Below are positions 52,077 to 64,000 of a stretch of DNA of 64,000 nucleotides, piece after piece; the first letter of the stretch is position 1; the number at the start of each line of letters is the position of its first letter. The position numbers and the translations under genes were made by a program. This stretch comes from Nemertoderma westbladi (Eukaryota > Animalia > Xenacoelomorpha). The notes below the pieces were generated by a model. It was not told the DNA's origin. It worked only from the letters and a program-made list of their open reading frames with translations, and ran no database searches. The DNA lies in assembly GCA_032718475.1 (NCBI GenBank), contig JAUCBJ010008864.1, forward strand, positions 1-64,000, in the 5' to 3' direction.

Positions 52077-53332
52077 CAAGAAAGGCATTTCCTAAAGGAA
52101 ATGCAACCACGAAGCTAAGGAAAATTAAACACACTTTCACTCACACTTCATTGCTTTACAGAGTTAAGAGGCATATGCCTTTAAAACTCATATTACCATG
52201 GCAACCGGAATTTTCTAGAACTGCTGAGGTTTACATTAAGATCCAGTTTGTGGTTCCAGGTGACACATACTTCAATTCAGTTTCATTGAGTAGTTAATGT
52301 GCAAAACTAAGGATTTAATTGTTAAAACGTCTGTTTGTAGTGGTTGTCATGGAAACTGAAAAATGGAACAATTTAAATTGGATGCGGAATTAGTGATATA
52401 GTGGGGGTAGGGATTGGTCCCAAGTCGTAATACCTTAAAGTTATGCTTCAAATAACCATTTTATAAATTTGAACATCTGTTTAGCATGGTTGCCCTCTTA
52501 ACTGGATTTTTTAATTATCCTCAATGAGCTCCACTATTGTCCTTATCATTGAGTTGAGAAACCCCAAGTTTATATCTATTGCGGTTATTCTATAAATAGA
52601 GTTATGAATATAGACTTGAATTATATAATCTGTAATAAACTCCAGTTACCACGGTAACTAGATATTTCTGGAATGTTTTGAGTTTCACTAAAAGTTCCAA
52701 CTAGTGGTCTAGTTAACACATAACCAGTTTCGTAAAATTTTATCGCGAAGTATACGTCCAAATGAGTAATTTTTGTATAAAAACATCTGTTTTCAGCGGT
52801 TGTCATGGAAACTGCAAAATAGAACAATGAAATTTGGACGCAGAAAAGGTTATATAGTGGGGGTAAGGGTTGGTGCCAAGTCATAACACCTTGTACTTAG
52901 GCTTCAAATTAACATTTTATAAATTTTAACATCTGTTTATCCCGGTTGCCAAGGTAACTGGATTTTCTATTTAACCTCAATCGGCTCTGCTATGGACCAT
53001 ATAGTGGTGATTAGAAACCCCAAGTTTATATCTATTATAGTTTTCCTACAAATAGAGTTTTAAATATTGACTTGAAATACATAGACTTTTTTCTAAGTCC
53101 GTTGCCATGAAAACCAGATTTTTCCTGGATATGAGACCCAGCCCAAAAGATGCGCCTCGACGAGTAGTATATACATGCAAAATTTCAGGGTACTTTTAAA
53201 GGCTAGTTTTTTCACCGGTCAAAAAACCCCAAATCTGCCTCACACAAGTAAAATAGCCCACTATGAATAGACCATCTCAGCTAAGGAAAATCTTTCTTAG
53301 CGAAAGTAGTTGATTTTCCTTAGCTTCGTGGA
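52077..53332 (-). mobile_element. Non-autonomous Helitron/Helentron-like copy A
   Basis: Minus strand 5'-TCCACGAAGCTAAGGAAAAT…ATTTTCCTTAGCTTCGTGG-TT-GCATTTCCTTTAGGAAATGC(hairpin)-CTTTCTTG-3'. No TSD; inserted between A and T relative to the empty site at about 49995. Confidence 0.85.
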
Positions 53333-53506
53333 TTACAATTAAGCAATTACTGCAAAATTTCATAGTCAATTGTTGGCTTGGCGCTCATTAGATACGAGAA
53401 AGGCATTTCCTAAAGGAAATGCAACCACGAAGCTAAGGAAAATTAAACAAACGGCCACACTTTGGTTCGTTGCTTAGCCTCGTTTAGTAGCAATTGTCAA
53501 TAATTA

Positions 53507-54780
53507 CTAGAAAGGCATTTCCTAAAGGAAATGCAACCACGAAGCTAAGGAAAATTAAACAAAGGGCCATAATTTGGTTTGTTGCTTAGCCTAGTTTAGT
53601 AGCATTTGCCAATAAATAACTTATATTCCCATGGAAACTAGAATTCTCTGGAACTGTTGGTTTTACCTTTGATAAAAGATTCAGTCCAGATTGTGGTTCA
53701 GATAAAGATAACACATATCGAGTTTCAGAAAATATTGTAGTTTATGTCCAAATTACCGATTTCTATCAAAATGCATCTGTTTGCAGTGGTTGTCACGGAA
53801 ACTGAAAAATAGAACAATGTAATTCGGATGCAGAATAAGTCATATAGTGGGGGTAGGGGTTAGTCCCAAGTCATAATACTATTAACTTGTATTTCAAATT
53901 ATCATTTTATAAATTTTAACATCTGTTTAGACCTGTTGCTATGGTAACTGTATTTTCTAATTAACCTCAAACGGCTTGGATATGGATCTTATAGATGAGT
54001 TGCAAAACCCCAAGTTTATATTTATTACATTATTTTGCTGCAAATAGAGTATTGAATTTAGACTTGAATGATATCGACTTTAATAAACTCCAGTTACCAT
54101 GGTAACAAGATATTTATGGAATGTTTTAGGTTTTACTAAAAGTTTCAACTAGTGGTCCAGATAACACATATCCAATTTCGTAAAATTTTATCGCGAAGTC
54201 TATGTCCAAATGAGTTATTTTTGTATAAAAACATCTGTTTTCAGCGGTTGTCATGGTAACTGCAAAATTAAACAATGAAATTCGGACGCAGAATAAGTCA
54301 TATAGTGGGGGTAGGGGTTGGTCCCAAGACATAACACATTAACCTTAGGCTTCAAATTAACATTTTATAAATTTTAACATCTGTTTAGCCCGGTTGCCAA
54401 GGTAACTGGAATTTCTATTTAACCTCAATCGGCTCTGCTATGGACCTTATAGTTGAGTTGAGAAATCCTAAGTTTATATGTATTATAGTTTTTCTACAAA
54501 TAGAGTTATAAATATTGACTTGAAATACATAGACTTTTTTCTAAGTCCGTTGCCATGGAAACCAGATTTTTCCTGAATATGAGACCCATCCCACACGACG
54601 CGCCTCAATGAGTAGTACATACATGCAAAATTTCAGGGTACTTTTAAAGGCTAGTTTTTTCCCCGACCAAAAAAAACCAAATCTGCCCCATACAAGTAAA
54701 ATAGCCCACTATGAATAGACCATCTCAGCTAAGGAAAATCTTTCTTAGCGAAAGTAGTTGATTTTCCTTAGCTTCGTGGA
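53507..54780 (-). mobile_element. Helitron/Helentron-like copy C1
   Basis: Complete TC…hairpin…CTAG copy. Confidence 0.85.
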
Positions 54781-54897
54781 TGTGTTATCTGGACCACTAG
54801 TTGGAACTTTTAGTGAAACTTAAATTATTCCAGAAATTTAGTTTCCATGGTAACTGTAGTTTATTAAACTCTATATCATTCAAATCTATATTGATAA

Positions 54898-56176
54898 CTA
54901 GAAAGGCATTTCCTAAAGGAAATGCAACCACGAAGCTAAGGAAAATTAAACAAAGGGCCACAATTTGGTTTGTTGCTTAGCCTAGTTTAGTAGCATTTGC
55001 CATTAAATAACTTATATTCCCATGGAAACTAGAATTCTCTGGAACTGTTGGTTTTACCTTTGAAAAAAGATTCAGTCCAGATTGTGGTTCAGATAACACA
55101 TATACCGAGTTTCAGAAATTATTGTAGTTTATGCCCAAATTACCGATTTTCTATTAAAATGCATCTGTTTGCAGTGGTTGTCATGGAAACTGAAAAATAG
55201 AACAATGTAATTCGGATGCAGAATAAGTCATATAGTGGGGGTAGGTCTTGGCCCCAAGTCATAATACTATTAACTTGTGTTTCAAATTATCATTTTAGAA
55301 ATTTTAACATCTGTTTAGTCTTGTTGCTATGGTAATTGGATTGAGTAATTAACCTCGAATGGATTGTATATGGACCTTACAGATGAGTTGCAAAACCCCA
55401 AATTTATATTTATTACATTATTTTGCTACAAATACAGTATTGAATTTAGACTTGAATGATATAGAAGGGGAGACTTTAATAAACTCCAGTTACCATGGTA
55501 ACAAGATATTTCTGGAATGTTTTCAGTTTCACTAAAAGTTCCAACTAATGGTCCAGATAACACATATCCAGTTTCGTAAAATTTTATCGCGAAGTCTATG
55601 TCCAAATGAGTTATTTTTGTATAAAAACATCTGTTTTCAGCGGTTGTCATGATAACTGCAAAATTAAACAATGAAATTCGGACGCAGAATAAGTCATATA
55701 GTGGGGGTAGGGGTTGGTCCCAAGACATAACACCTTCTCCTTAGGCTTCAAATTAACATTTTGTAAATTTTAACATCTGTCTAGCCCGGTTGCCAAGGCA
55801 ACTGGATTTTCTATTGAACCTCAATCGGATCTGCTATGGACCTTATAGTTGAGTTGAGAAACCCCAAGTTTATATGTATTATAGTTTTCCTACAAATAGA
55901 GTTATAAATATTGACTTGAAATACATAGACTTTATTCTAAGTCCGTTGCCATGGAAACCAGATTTTTCCTGGATATGAGACCCAGCTCAAAAGATGCGCC
56001 TCGACGAGTATTATATACATGCAAAATTTCAGGGTACTTTTAAAGGCTAGTTTTTTCTGGAGTCAAAAATCCCCAAATCTGCCTCACACAAGTAAAAGGG
56101 CCCACTATGAATAGACCATCTCAGCTAAGGAAAATCTTTCTTAGCGAAAGTAGTTGATTTTCCTTTGCTTCGTGGA
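54898..56176 (-). mobile_element. Helitron/Helentron-like copy C2
   Basis: Complete TC…hairpin…CTAG copy. Confidence 0.85.
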
Positions 56177-56439
56177 TGACGAAGTAGGTTTATGATTCAA
56201 ATTCGCCTACGATCCCAGTTCGCCTACGATCTAAGTTAGTCAGGATCTAAGGATTCAGGATAACATTTTCCTTAGGATACTGTATAAGTTTGCCATGGAT
56301 GGTTTAGGACAGTCTATGTAGATTTTATGGCCATTAACGTATTGCTCTGCTGTAGGACTACCGGTACTGTATAATACTGTTGTTCTTCTATTGTGAGCAA
56401 CCTTTAATAATGATGTTAAATAACTATTCCGCTATCGTA

Positions 56440-57706
56440 CGAGAAAGGCATTTCCTAAAGGAAATGCAACCACGAAGCTAAGGAAAATTAAACAAACGGC
56501 CACACTTTGGTTCGTTGCTTAGCCTCGCTTAGTAGCAATTGTCAATAATTAACTTCTATTCCCATGGAAACTAGAGTTCTCTGGAACTGTTGCTTTAACC
56601 TTTGAAAAAAAATTCAGTACAGATTGTGGTTCAGATAACACATATACTGAGTTTCAGAAAATATTGTAGTTTATGTCCAGATTACCGATTTTCTATCAAA
56701 TTGCATCTGTTTGCAGTGGTTGTCATGGAAACTGAAAAATAGAACAATGTAATTCGGATGCAGAATAAGTCATATTGTGGGGGTAGGGGTTAGTCCCAAG
56801 TCATAATACTATTAACTTGTGCTTCAAATTATCATTTTATAAATTTTAACATCTGTTTAGACTTGTTGCTATGGTAACTGTATTTTCTAATTAACCTCAA
56901 ACGGCTTGGATATGGATCTTATAGATGAGTTGCAAAACCCCAAGTTTATATATATTACAGTTTTGCTACAAATAGAGTTATCAATATAGATTTGAATGAT
57001 ATAGAGTTTAATAAACTACAGTTACCATGGTAACTAAATTTCTGGAATAATTTAAGTTTCACTAAAAGTTCCAACTCGTGGTCCAGATAACACATACCCA
57101 GTTTTGTAAAATTTTATCGTGAAGTCTATGTCCAAATGAATAAGTTTTGAATAAAAACATCTGTTTTCAGCGGTTGTCATGGTAACTGAAAAATAGAACA
57201 ATGTAATTCGGATGCAGAATAAGTTATATAGTGGGGGTAGGGGTTGGTCCCAAGTCATAACACCTTAACCTTAGGCTTCAAATTAACATTTTATAAATTT
57301 TAACATCTGTCTAGCCCGGTTGCCAAGGTAACTGGATTTTCTATTTAACCTCAATCGGCTCTGCTATGGACCTTATAGTTGTGTTGAGAAACCCCAAGTT
57401 TATATCTATTATAGTTTTCCTACAAATAGAGTTTTAAATATTGACTTGAAATACATAGACTTTTTTCTAAGTCCGTTGCCATGGAAACCAGATTTTTCCT
57501 GGATATGAGACCCAGCCCAAAAGATGCGCCTCGACGAGTAGTATATACATGCAAAATTTCAGGGTACTTTTAAAGGCTAGTTTTTTCACCTATCAAAAAA
57601 AACCAAATCTGCCTCACACAAGTAAAATAGCCCACTATGAATAGACCATCTCAGCTAAGGAAAATCTTTCTTAGCGAAAGTAGTTGATTTTCCTTAGCTT
57701 CGTGGA
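56440..57706 (-). mobile_element. Helitron/Helentron-like copy C3
   Basis: Complete TC…hairpin…CTCG copy; same subfamily as B. Confidence 0.85.
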
Positions 57707-58663
57707 ACTTCTATTCCCATGAAAACTAGAGTTCTCTGGAACTGTTGCTTTAACCTTTGAAAAAAAATTCAGTACAGATTGTGGTTCAGATAACACATAT
57801 ACTGAGTTTCAGAAAATATTGTAGTTTATGTCCAAATTACCGATTTTCTATCAAAATGCATCTGTTTGCAGTGGTTGTCATGGAAACTGAAAAATAGAAC
57901 AATGTAATTCGGATGCAGAATAAGTCATATAGTGGGGGTAGGGGTTAGTCCCAAGTCATAATACTATTAACTTGTGCTTCAAATTATCATTTTATAAATT
58001 TTAACATCTGTTTAGACTTGTTGCTATGGTAACTGTATTTTCTAATTAACCTCAAACGGCTTGGATATGGATCTTATAGATGAGTTGCAAAACCCCAAGT
58101 TTATATATATTACAGTTTTGCTACAAATAGAGTTATCAATATAGATTTGAATGATATAGAGTTTAATAAACTACAGTTACCATGGTAACTAAATTTCTGG
58201 AATAATTTAAGTTTCACTAAAAGTTCCAACTAGTGGTCCAGATAACACATACCCAGTTTTGTAAAATTTTATCATGAAGTCTATGTCCAAATGAATAAGT
58301 TTTGAATAAAAACATCTGTTTTCAGCGGTTGTCATGGTAACTGAAAAATAGAACAATGTAATTCGGATGCAGAATAAGTTATATAGTGGGGGTAGGGGTT
58401 GGTCCCAAGTCATAACACCTTGCCCTTAGGTCTCAAATTAACATTTTATAAATTTTAACATCTGTTTATCCCGGTTGCCAAGGTAACTGGATTTTCTATT
58501 TAGCCTCAATCGGATCTGCTATGGACCTTATAGTTGTGTTGCGAAATCCCAAGTTTATATCTATTATAGTTTTCCTACAAATAGAGTTATAAATATTGAC
58601 TTGAAATACATCGACTTTTTTTGAAGTCCGTTGCCATGGAAACCAGATTTTTCCTGGATATGA

Positions 58664-61431
58664 CAGTCAGGGAAAACATCCCCGTGGGGATATGTCAAAT
58701 TTAGGCTTAATTTCTCAACCTATCCTAGTCAGGATAGATGACATATCCCCACCAGGATAGATGGCACATTTTCCATTTTTCCGGTTTGCGCAAAAATTGG
58801 TTGGATGGCTATGTATTTCTTCGGTATTACAATGATCAATAGGTTACAGAAATTGTAAAATTTCACGCCCTTGTCATTGGTAAGATTTATAAGAAGATTA
58901 TAGGGGTTTTAAATTCACATTGATTTCTATCCTGCTGGGGATATTATCGACATATCCCCAGCAGGATATGTTTTATTTATATCCTTGTGGGGATATTTTG
59001 GATATATCCACAGTAGGATATGTTTTAGAATAATATGTGTGTTTCCTATTCAGCATATCCTATTCAGGATATGCTAGGCTGATGCTGGTGTGCGTGTTTC
59101 TACTGTATAGGATTTTGTGGGTGAAGACATTTGATTTATCTGTCAGTAATTGTTAGGCAAATTATTACGAAACTGCAGTCTGAATAATGGTAGAGCTACC
59201 GGTACTTATTAGACCCTATTACAGTATTACGATAGTCTGTTCTGTACCATAATAATTCTGATTATTAATTATTTTGATAATGGCTTCCGGTGCGGTAAAT
59301 ATAAAGAACCACGGAAGGGCCATGTTGAGACTTGCTTCTGTTCCAATTTATCTGATCTATGCTCAACTGAAACTAGTGAAAATTTTTACATGAGGAATAA
59401 AATTTTCGAACTTCTTCTTTGGGTCCAAAATCCCAAAAGCTATGTTGGACCATTACATACCAGGGAGTCTGGGACTGGGAGTCTATGGTAATGAATTCTG
59501 TAGATTCGTCCAAGTTTGGTGTCATGGTTAGAGCTGCCACTTCGCCTGCAGCATTTTACCCCACTCAACAGACAATCATACAGGCATCTTCTGTAGACTT
59601 CCCTGAAGTGTCGCCGTCTAAAGATATATGTATTGCGATATAAAACTTTCAATTTGTAGGCAAAACCTACCGCCTTTTCAATAAGGGTGTACCAATAAGC
59701 AAGGTTTGCTCAGTGATCAGCATACCTTAATTGTCAGGATTTATTAATTCAAAGGCACCCAATTCAGTTTATTGACCTAACTGGATTGGATGTAGGCGAG
59801 TGAGTGGAGGCCTTTATTGAAATTGAATTGATTGTAACATTGTTTATGTTACATTTAACATAACGTACAGTAACTATATTTAAAATATATAATATTAAGT
59901 CTGTACTGGTGTCAAAATATATAATGCAACTATCCCCAAAGGCATAATAATTAAAGAACCCAAAAATAAAGTAAACTGAAACTAAAAGTGTAGGCCTACT
60001 AACGATTGAACTCAGTTGTCCCTTCTTCTTCCAAAGGAAGTTGTGGAGGGCACTCCCCTTCGCCTTCAGTAATGACTGGGGGTGATAAACCCGTTTCTTT
60101 CTAGCACTAGCAGTGGCTGATGATTCATCTGGCTGTAGTTCGTGTTGTCCACTTACTCCATCTATCTCTGACATCATCTGTCCATCCACTTCATCTACTC
60201 CCAGCACCTCCTGTCCATCCACTCCATCTACCTCCGATATCGCCTCTCCACTCACTCCATCTATCTCCGACATCCCCTCCCCCTGTCCAGTCCACCCACT
60301 CCATCTACCTCCAACAGTCCAACACCTTCTGTCCATCTACCTCCGATATCGCCTCCCCACTAACTCCATCTATCTCCGACATCCCCTGTCCACCCATTTC
60401 ATCTACCTCCAACATATCCTCTCCATCCACTCCATCTACCTCCTATATCGCCACTCCACCCACTCCATCTATCTCCGACATCCCCTGTCCACCCACTCCA
60501 TCTACCTCCAACACCTCCTGTCTGCCTGTCCACCCAATCCATCTACCTCCGATATCGACTCTCCACCAACTCCATCTCTATCCGACATCCCCTGTCCACC
60601 CATTCCATCTACTTCCTGTCCACCCACTCCATCTACCTCCGATATCGCCTCTCCACCCACTCCAACATCCCCTGTCCATCTATATCCATCTATCCAATTA
60701 AGTTCAATCAGTCAATTTGTCTGAAGTTTAGTATGTTTACTGTATATACTGTACAGCTCTACTGTAGACAGATATACCAGTATCAGTGTACTGTACAGAC
60801 TGAGTTGTTGAAGGACTACCAGACTACAGGACTACCCTTCTGTCAGTCAGGTGCCGAAGTAGACTACCTATTATACCGGTTGTTTTATTACTTTCGCACA
60901 GAAGGCATTACAGCATTAAGGCTACCAACTAACATCTATGTGTCTGTACGGTATGTGTAAGCTTAGAGGCAATCCTTCTGGGGATATGCCACAAAACTTA
61001 CATAAAACAAGCTACTGGCTGACTCGCAGACTGGTATATTATTCTAAAACATATCCTAAGACTGGAGATGTCCAAAATATCCCCACCAGGATATAAATAA
61101 ACATGAATGAACTTTATCGTGAAACATATCCCGCTGGGGATATGTTGATAATATCCCCAGCAGGATAGAAATCAATGTGAATTTAAAACCCCTATAATCT
61201 TCTTATAAATCTTGCCAATGACAAGGGCGTGAAATTTTACAATTTTTGTAGCCTATTGATCATTGTAATACCGAAGAAATACATAGCAATCCAACCAATT
61301 TTTGCGCAAACCGGAAAAATGGAAAATGTGCCATCTATCCTGGTGGGGATATGTCATCTATCCTCACTAGGATAGGTTGAGAAATTAAGCCTAAATTTGA
61401 CATATCCCCACGGGGATGTTTTCCCTGACTG
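58664..61431. mobile_element. CAGT-terminal element with about 370-bp TIRs and 5-bp TSD
   Basis: CAGTCAGGGAAAACATCCCCGTGGGGATATG… is mirrored at 61431. TSD TATGA, confirmed against the Helitron empty site CCTGGATATGAGACCC. Confidence 0.9.
60150..60695. repeat. About 27-bp C-rich minisatellite (CCACTCCATCTACCTCCGATATCGCCT-like)
   Basis: Degenerate tandem repeat that produces the Pro/Ser/Thr-rich ORFs. Confidence 0.85.
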
Positions 61432-61904
61432 TATGAGACCCGGCCCAAAAGATGCGCCTCGTCGAGTAGTATATACCTGCAAAATTTCAGGGTACTTTTA
61501 AAGGCTAGTTTTTTCACCTATCAAAAAAACCAAATCTGCCTCATACAAGTAAAATAGCCCACTATAAATAGACCATCTCAGCTAAGGAAAATCTTTCTTA
61601 GCGAAAGTAGTTGATTTTCCTTAGCTTCGTGGATCATGGCTGGCGCGATTTTCGTTTAACCATAACGCGTGTGGCGCGCTTTTTGTCAGTATTCCATATA
61701 GGCACAGGCTGACAGGTGCAGTGCAGTAGGCCCTACCGGTACTGCATTCTATGCTGCTACGTAACGTATACCTGTCTGCCTGTCACGCTGTCAGCCTGTG
61801 TTGTGTTGGCTACGTACGCGTACCCGCCAGCCCGCGTACGCCGTACACCGTCTGACCGTATTGCCGTACTGCAGTACTGTACCGGTACTGCCGTACGGTA
61901 CAGC

Positions 61905-63807
61905 CAGTCGGTGAGAAGTCAAAAATTGGACTTGAGTCCAAAATTGGACTTCGACTCCAGTCTGCCAGTTCAAGTCCAAAATTGGACTTCTGTGAGTCCA
62001 ATATTGGACTTCAAATCAGCCAATTGTTCCAGGGCCTTGGGTAATTGGATCGGGCGGGATTTTTTTTTTTTAATCGAAAATATATCAAAAAATAAGAGTT
62101 TTGAACAGGGGGACCTGAAATTCACCAGGGGGAACTTTTTTTATAAGGCTTTGAATTTTTACAAAAGTCCAATATTGGACTTTAAGTCTAATTTTGGACG
62201 TGACATTGAGCATTGAGAATCAAACTTAAAGGTACATGAAGCATGACAGATGAGAGACAGCCAGACAGCTATTAAGTTATGGAAAGTTACCTTTGCAGCT
62301 CTGTATGTATCTTCAGTGTACTGTACTTAGAATATAGGCTAAATGGTACATTCTAGCATTCTAGGTACTTTGTACTTTACTTTTAGCATATTGTTTACAT
62401 TCATGTTATGTCTAACCTTACACCCTCATGTACCCAGGATTTTAAAGCAGTAGAGTCTTTAGGACTAGATTAGATTATGCTCCAACAAATATTTAATTAC
62501 AAATTATATTTGGTGGAAACTGGTAGCAATGCCAGGTTTGCCAACAACAGCTGCTGCTAAGGCTAACTACAGTACAAGCTATGATTTCGTCTAAGCCTAT
62601 GGGAGCCCAATCAGAAAGAAATACTACAAGTTGATGCTACCACCATCTCTTCTAATTTTTCCATACAACAGGAAGGGTGTTTTAAAACAGCTGTATAATG
62701 AAAGGGGATTAGTAACTGATTAACGTGTTGGGGTCTCCACATAATAAGTACAGAAGTAAGAAGTAACACACGTCATAATTATAAACCAATTGAGGGAAAG
62801 GAACAGGTTACAGAGGCAGGCTTTTCTAACTAAAACAATAAACGGCCACTTTTGACTTTACCAATTGAAGGAGCCCTATCACCTCACCACCACATACTAC
62901 TACTACAATCGGCATGCTGCATTACAGCTGCATTATATATATAGACCCTATTACTGTATTAAGAATGCTGTGCCGGCTTGTTGACAAAAGTGCGCCTCCA
63001 CAACTCCCTTACACTCTTACAGCCTTATCACCCATGACATTTGCTAGATCATCCGCATTTTCAAGGCCAGTGTCCTTTAAGACAGTAAGAAAGATGCATC
63101 TCAAGAAAGTCATGGGCTGTCCACCATGCTTATTCACTCCATGAGGTGCACTCTGCACTGGCTGGTCCTCACGGCTTAAAAGCGATGTCCTGCAAAGCGG
63201 AGGCGGCTTTGTTCTAGTGTCAAGCTTGGGGGAACCAATGACTGAATGAGACACCTCCAACTCCAATGTTATATAGTGTCTGGTTGGAGATGCAGAGATG
63301 TGTATATTGTACTTGACACAGTGAACTTAATCAAAACAATTAGTCAATAAACATTAACTTAATTAGGCCTACATAATAGGTTACAGTTTTCAGTAGTCTT
63401 ATTTTTGCCATACGAAAATACCACAGGTATGGGTATGAATGAACTATACAGCTATAACTCAACTACCGCTACCGCGGTATACACCGCTAACGCTAAGGCA
63501 GTAAGGCTACCGCAAAGCCATACCACTACCGCAAAAAGTAACTACTGATGTCTGACTGTACGTGTGCAATCCCTGCTTATAATACTTATAATAATTAATT
63601 TGATCATTAAAATAATGTTGCATTGTAATTATGTAATATATATGTACTGATACGGGATGCAGTTTTGATTTAAATACCGATATACATTATGGCAGCATGG
63701 GTACACTTGGAGTTGTACTAAAGTCCAATATTGGACTTTGGAGTCCAAAATTGGACTTGAAGTCTAAAATTGGACTTGAAGTCCAATTTTTGACTTCTCA
63801 CCGACTG
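61905..63807. mobile_element. CAGT-terminal TIR element with 5-bp TSD
   Basis: TIR CAGTCGGTGAGAAGTCAAAAATTGGACTT; TSD ACAGC; AGTCCAA..TTGGACT subterminal palindromes. Confidence 0.9.
62896..63326 (-). mobile_element. Degenerate RTE LINE 3' fragment
   Basis: Homologous to about 39015-39365 (PHGVNKHGGQPMTFLR…DTGLE.ADDLANVMGD); (AGT)n tail. Confidence 0.8.
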
Positions 63808-64000
63808 ACAGCCGCACGTACAGACGTACGCTGGTAGGTACCTACGTGGTACGCCTACGCGTACCGTACCGTACAGGCTTAGGCCATAGACCTACCGGTA
63901 TGTCTTTAAAATGGTAACTTACCGGTACGGGTACCTATAGGGGGTTCGAAACCAAGTAAAAATGGTTTTTTAGGAGAAGTCGAATCACTTCTATCCTGCT

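Larger units (their letters stand above)
53395..61633 (-). mobile_element. Helitron/Helentron-like copy B, interrupted by 53507-57706 and 58664-61431
   Basis: Same termini (3' end CTCG); the empty site ATTAGATA|TCATGG is seen at about 50071-50084. Confidence 0.8.
51207..61702. mobile_element. Second copy of the 49351 family, expanded to 10.5 kb by nested Helitrons
   Basis: Same left and right ends. Flanks CACAGGTG and CACAGGCT form an imperfect TSD. The internal sequence rejoins across each insertion when compared with 49351-50138. Confidence 0.8.

Noticed and set aside
52621-58413. Five similar short ORFs (M.W.QPLPPLY…) suggesting a tandem gene family
   Set aside because: They are the same segment of the non-coding Helitron interior, with variable stops and non-ATG starts.
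59764-60724. Pro/Ser/Thr-rich mucin-like ORFs
   Set aside because: Produced by the 27-bp minisatellite inside a transposon; open on both strands.

Overview
Eukaryotic, repeat-dense DNA, probably from an AT-rich invertebrate; nothing here looks prokaryotic. I reconstruct one host gene on the minus strand: a 4-exon F-box/WD40-like gene (exons 41839-41623, 41165-41007, 35304-35164, 1420-507; about 476 aa; all junctions GT-AG and phase 1). Its 33.7-kb third intron is mostly a 23-bp satellite (about 1,050 units, with higher-order structure). On the transcribed strand the satellite unit is a copy of the gene's own intron-3/exon-4 junction (…TTATTCCAATAG|ATTCCCCT). A young, pol-less BEL/Pao-like LTR element (9649-17059; 528-bp LTRs, GGAAT TSD) sits in the satellite. 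It has no tRNA-type PBS, but it has a self-complementary PBS-position sequence and an array of covarying mini-hairpins. Positions 33-64 kb are a deep transposon nest: RTE LINE pieces, a tRNA-SINE, 8-bp-TSD hAT-like MITEs, six CAGT…ACTG elements with 5-bp TSDs, and five non-autonomous Helitron/Helentron copies carrying regularly spaced X-box-like palindromes. All calls were made by eye, with no database searches.
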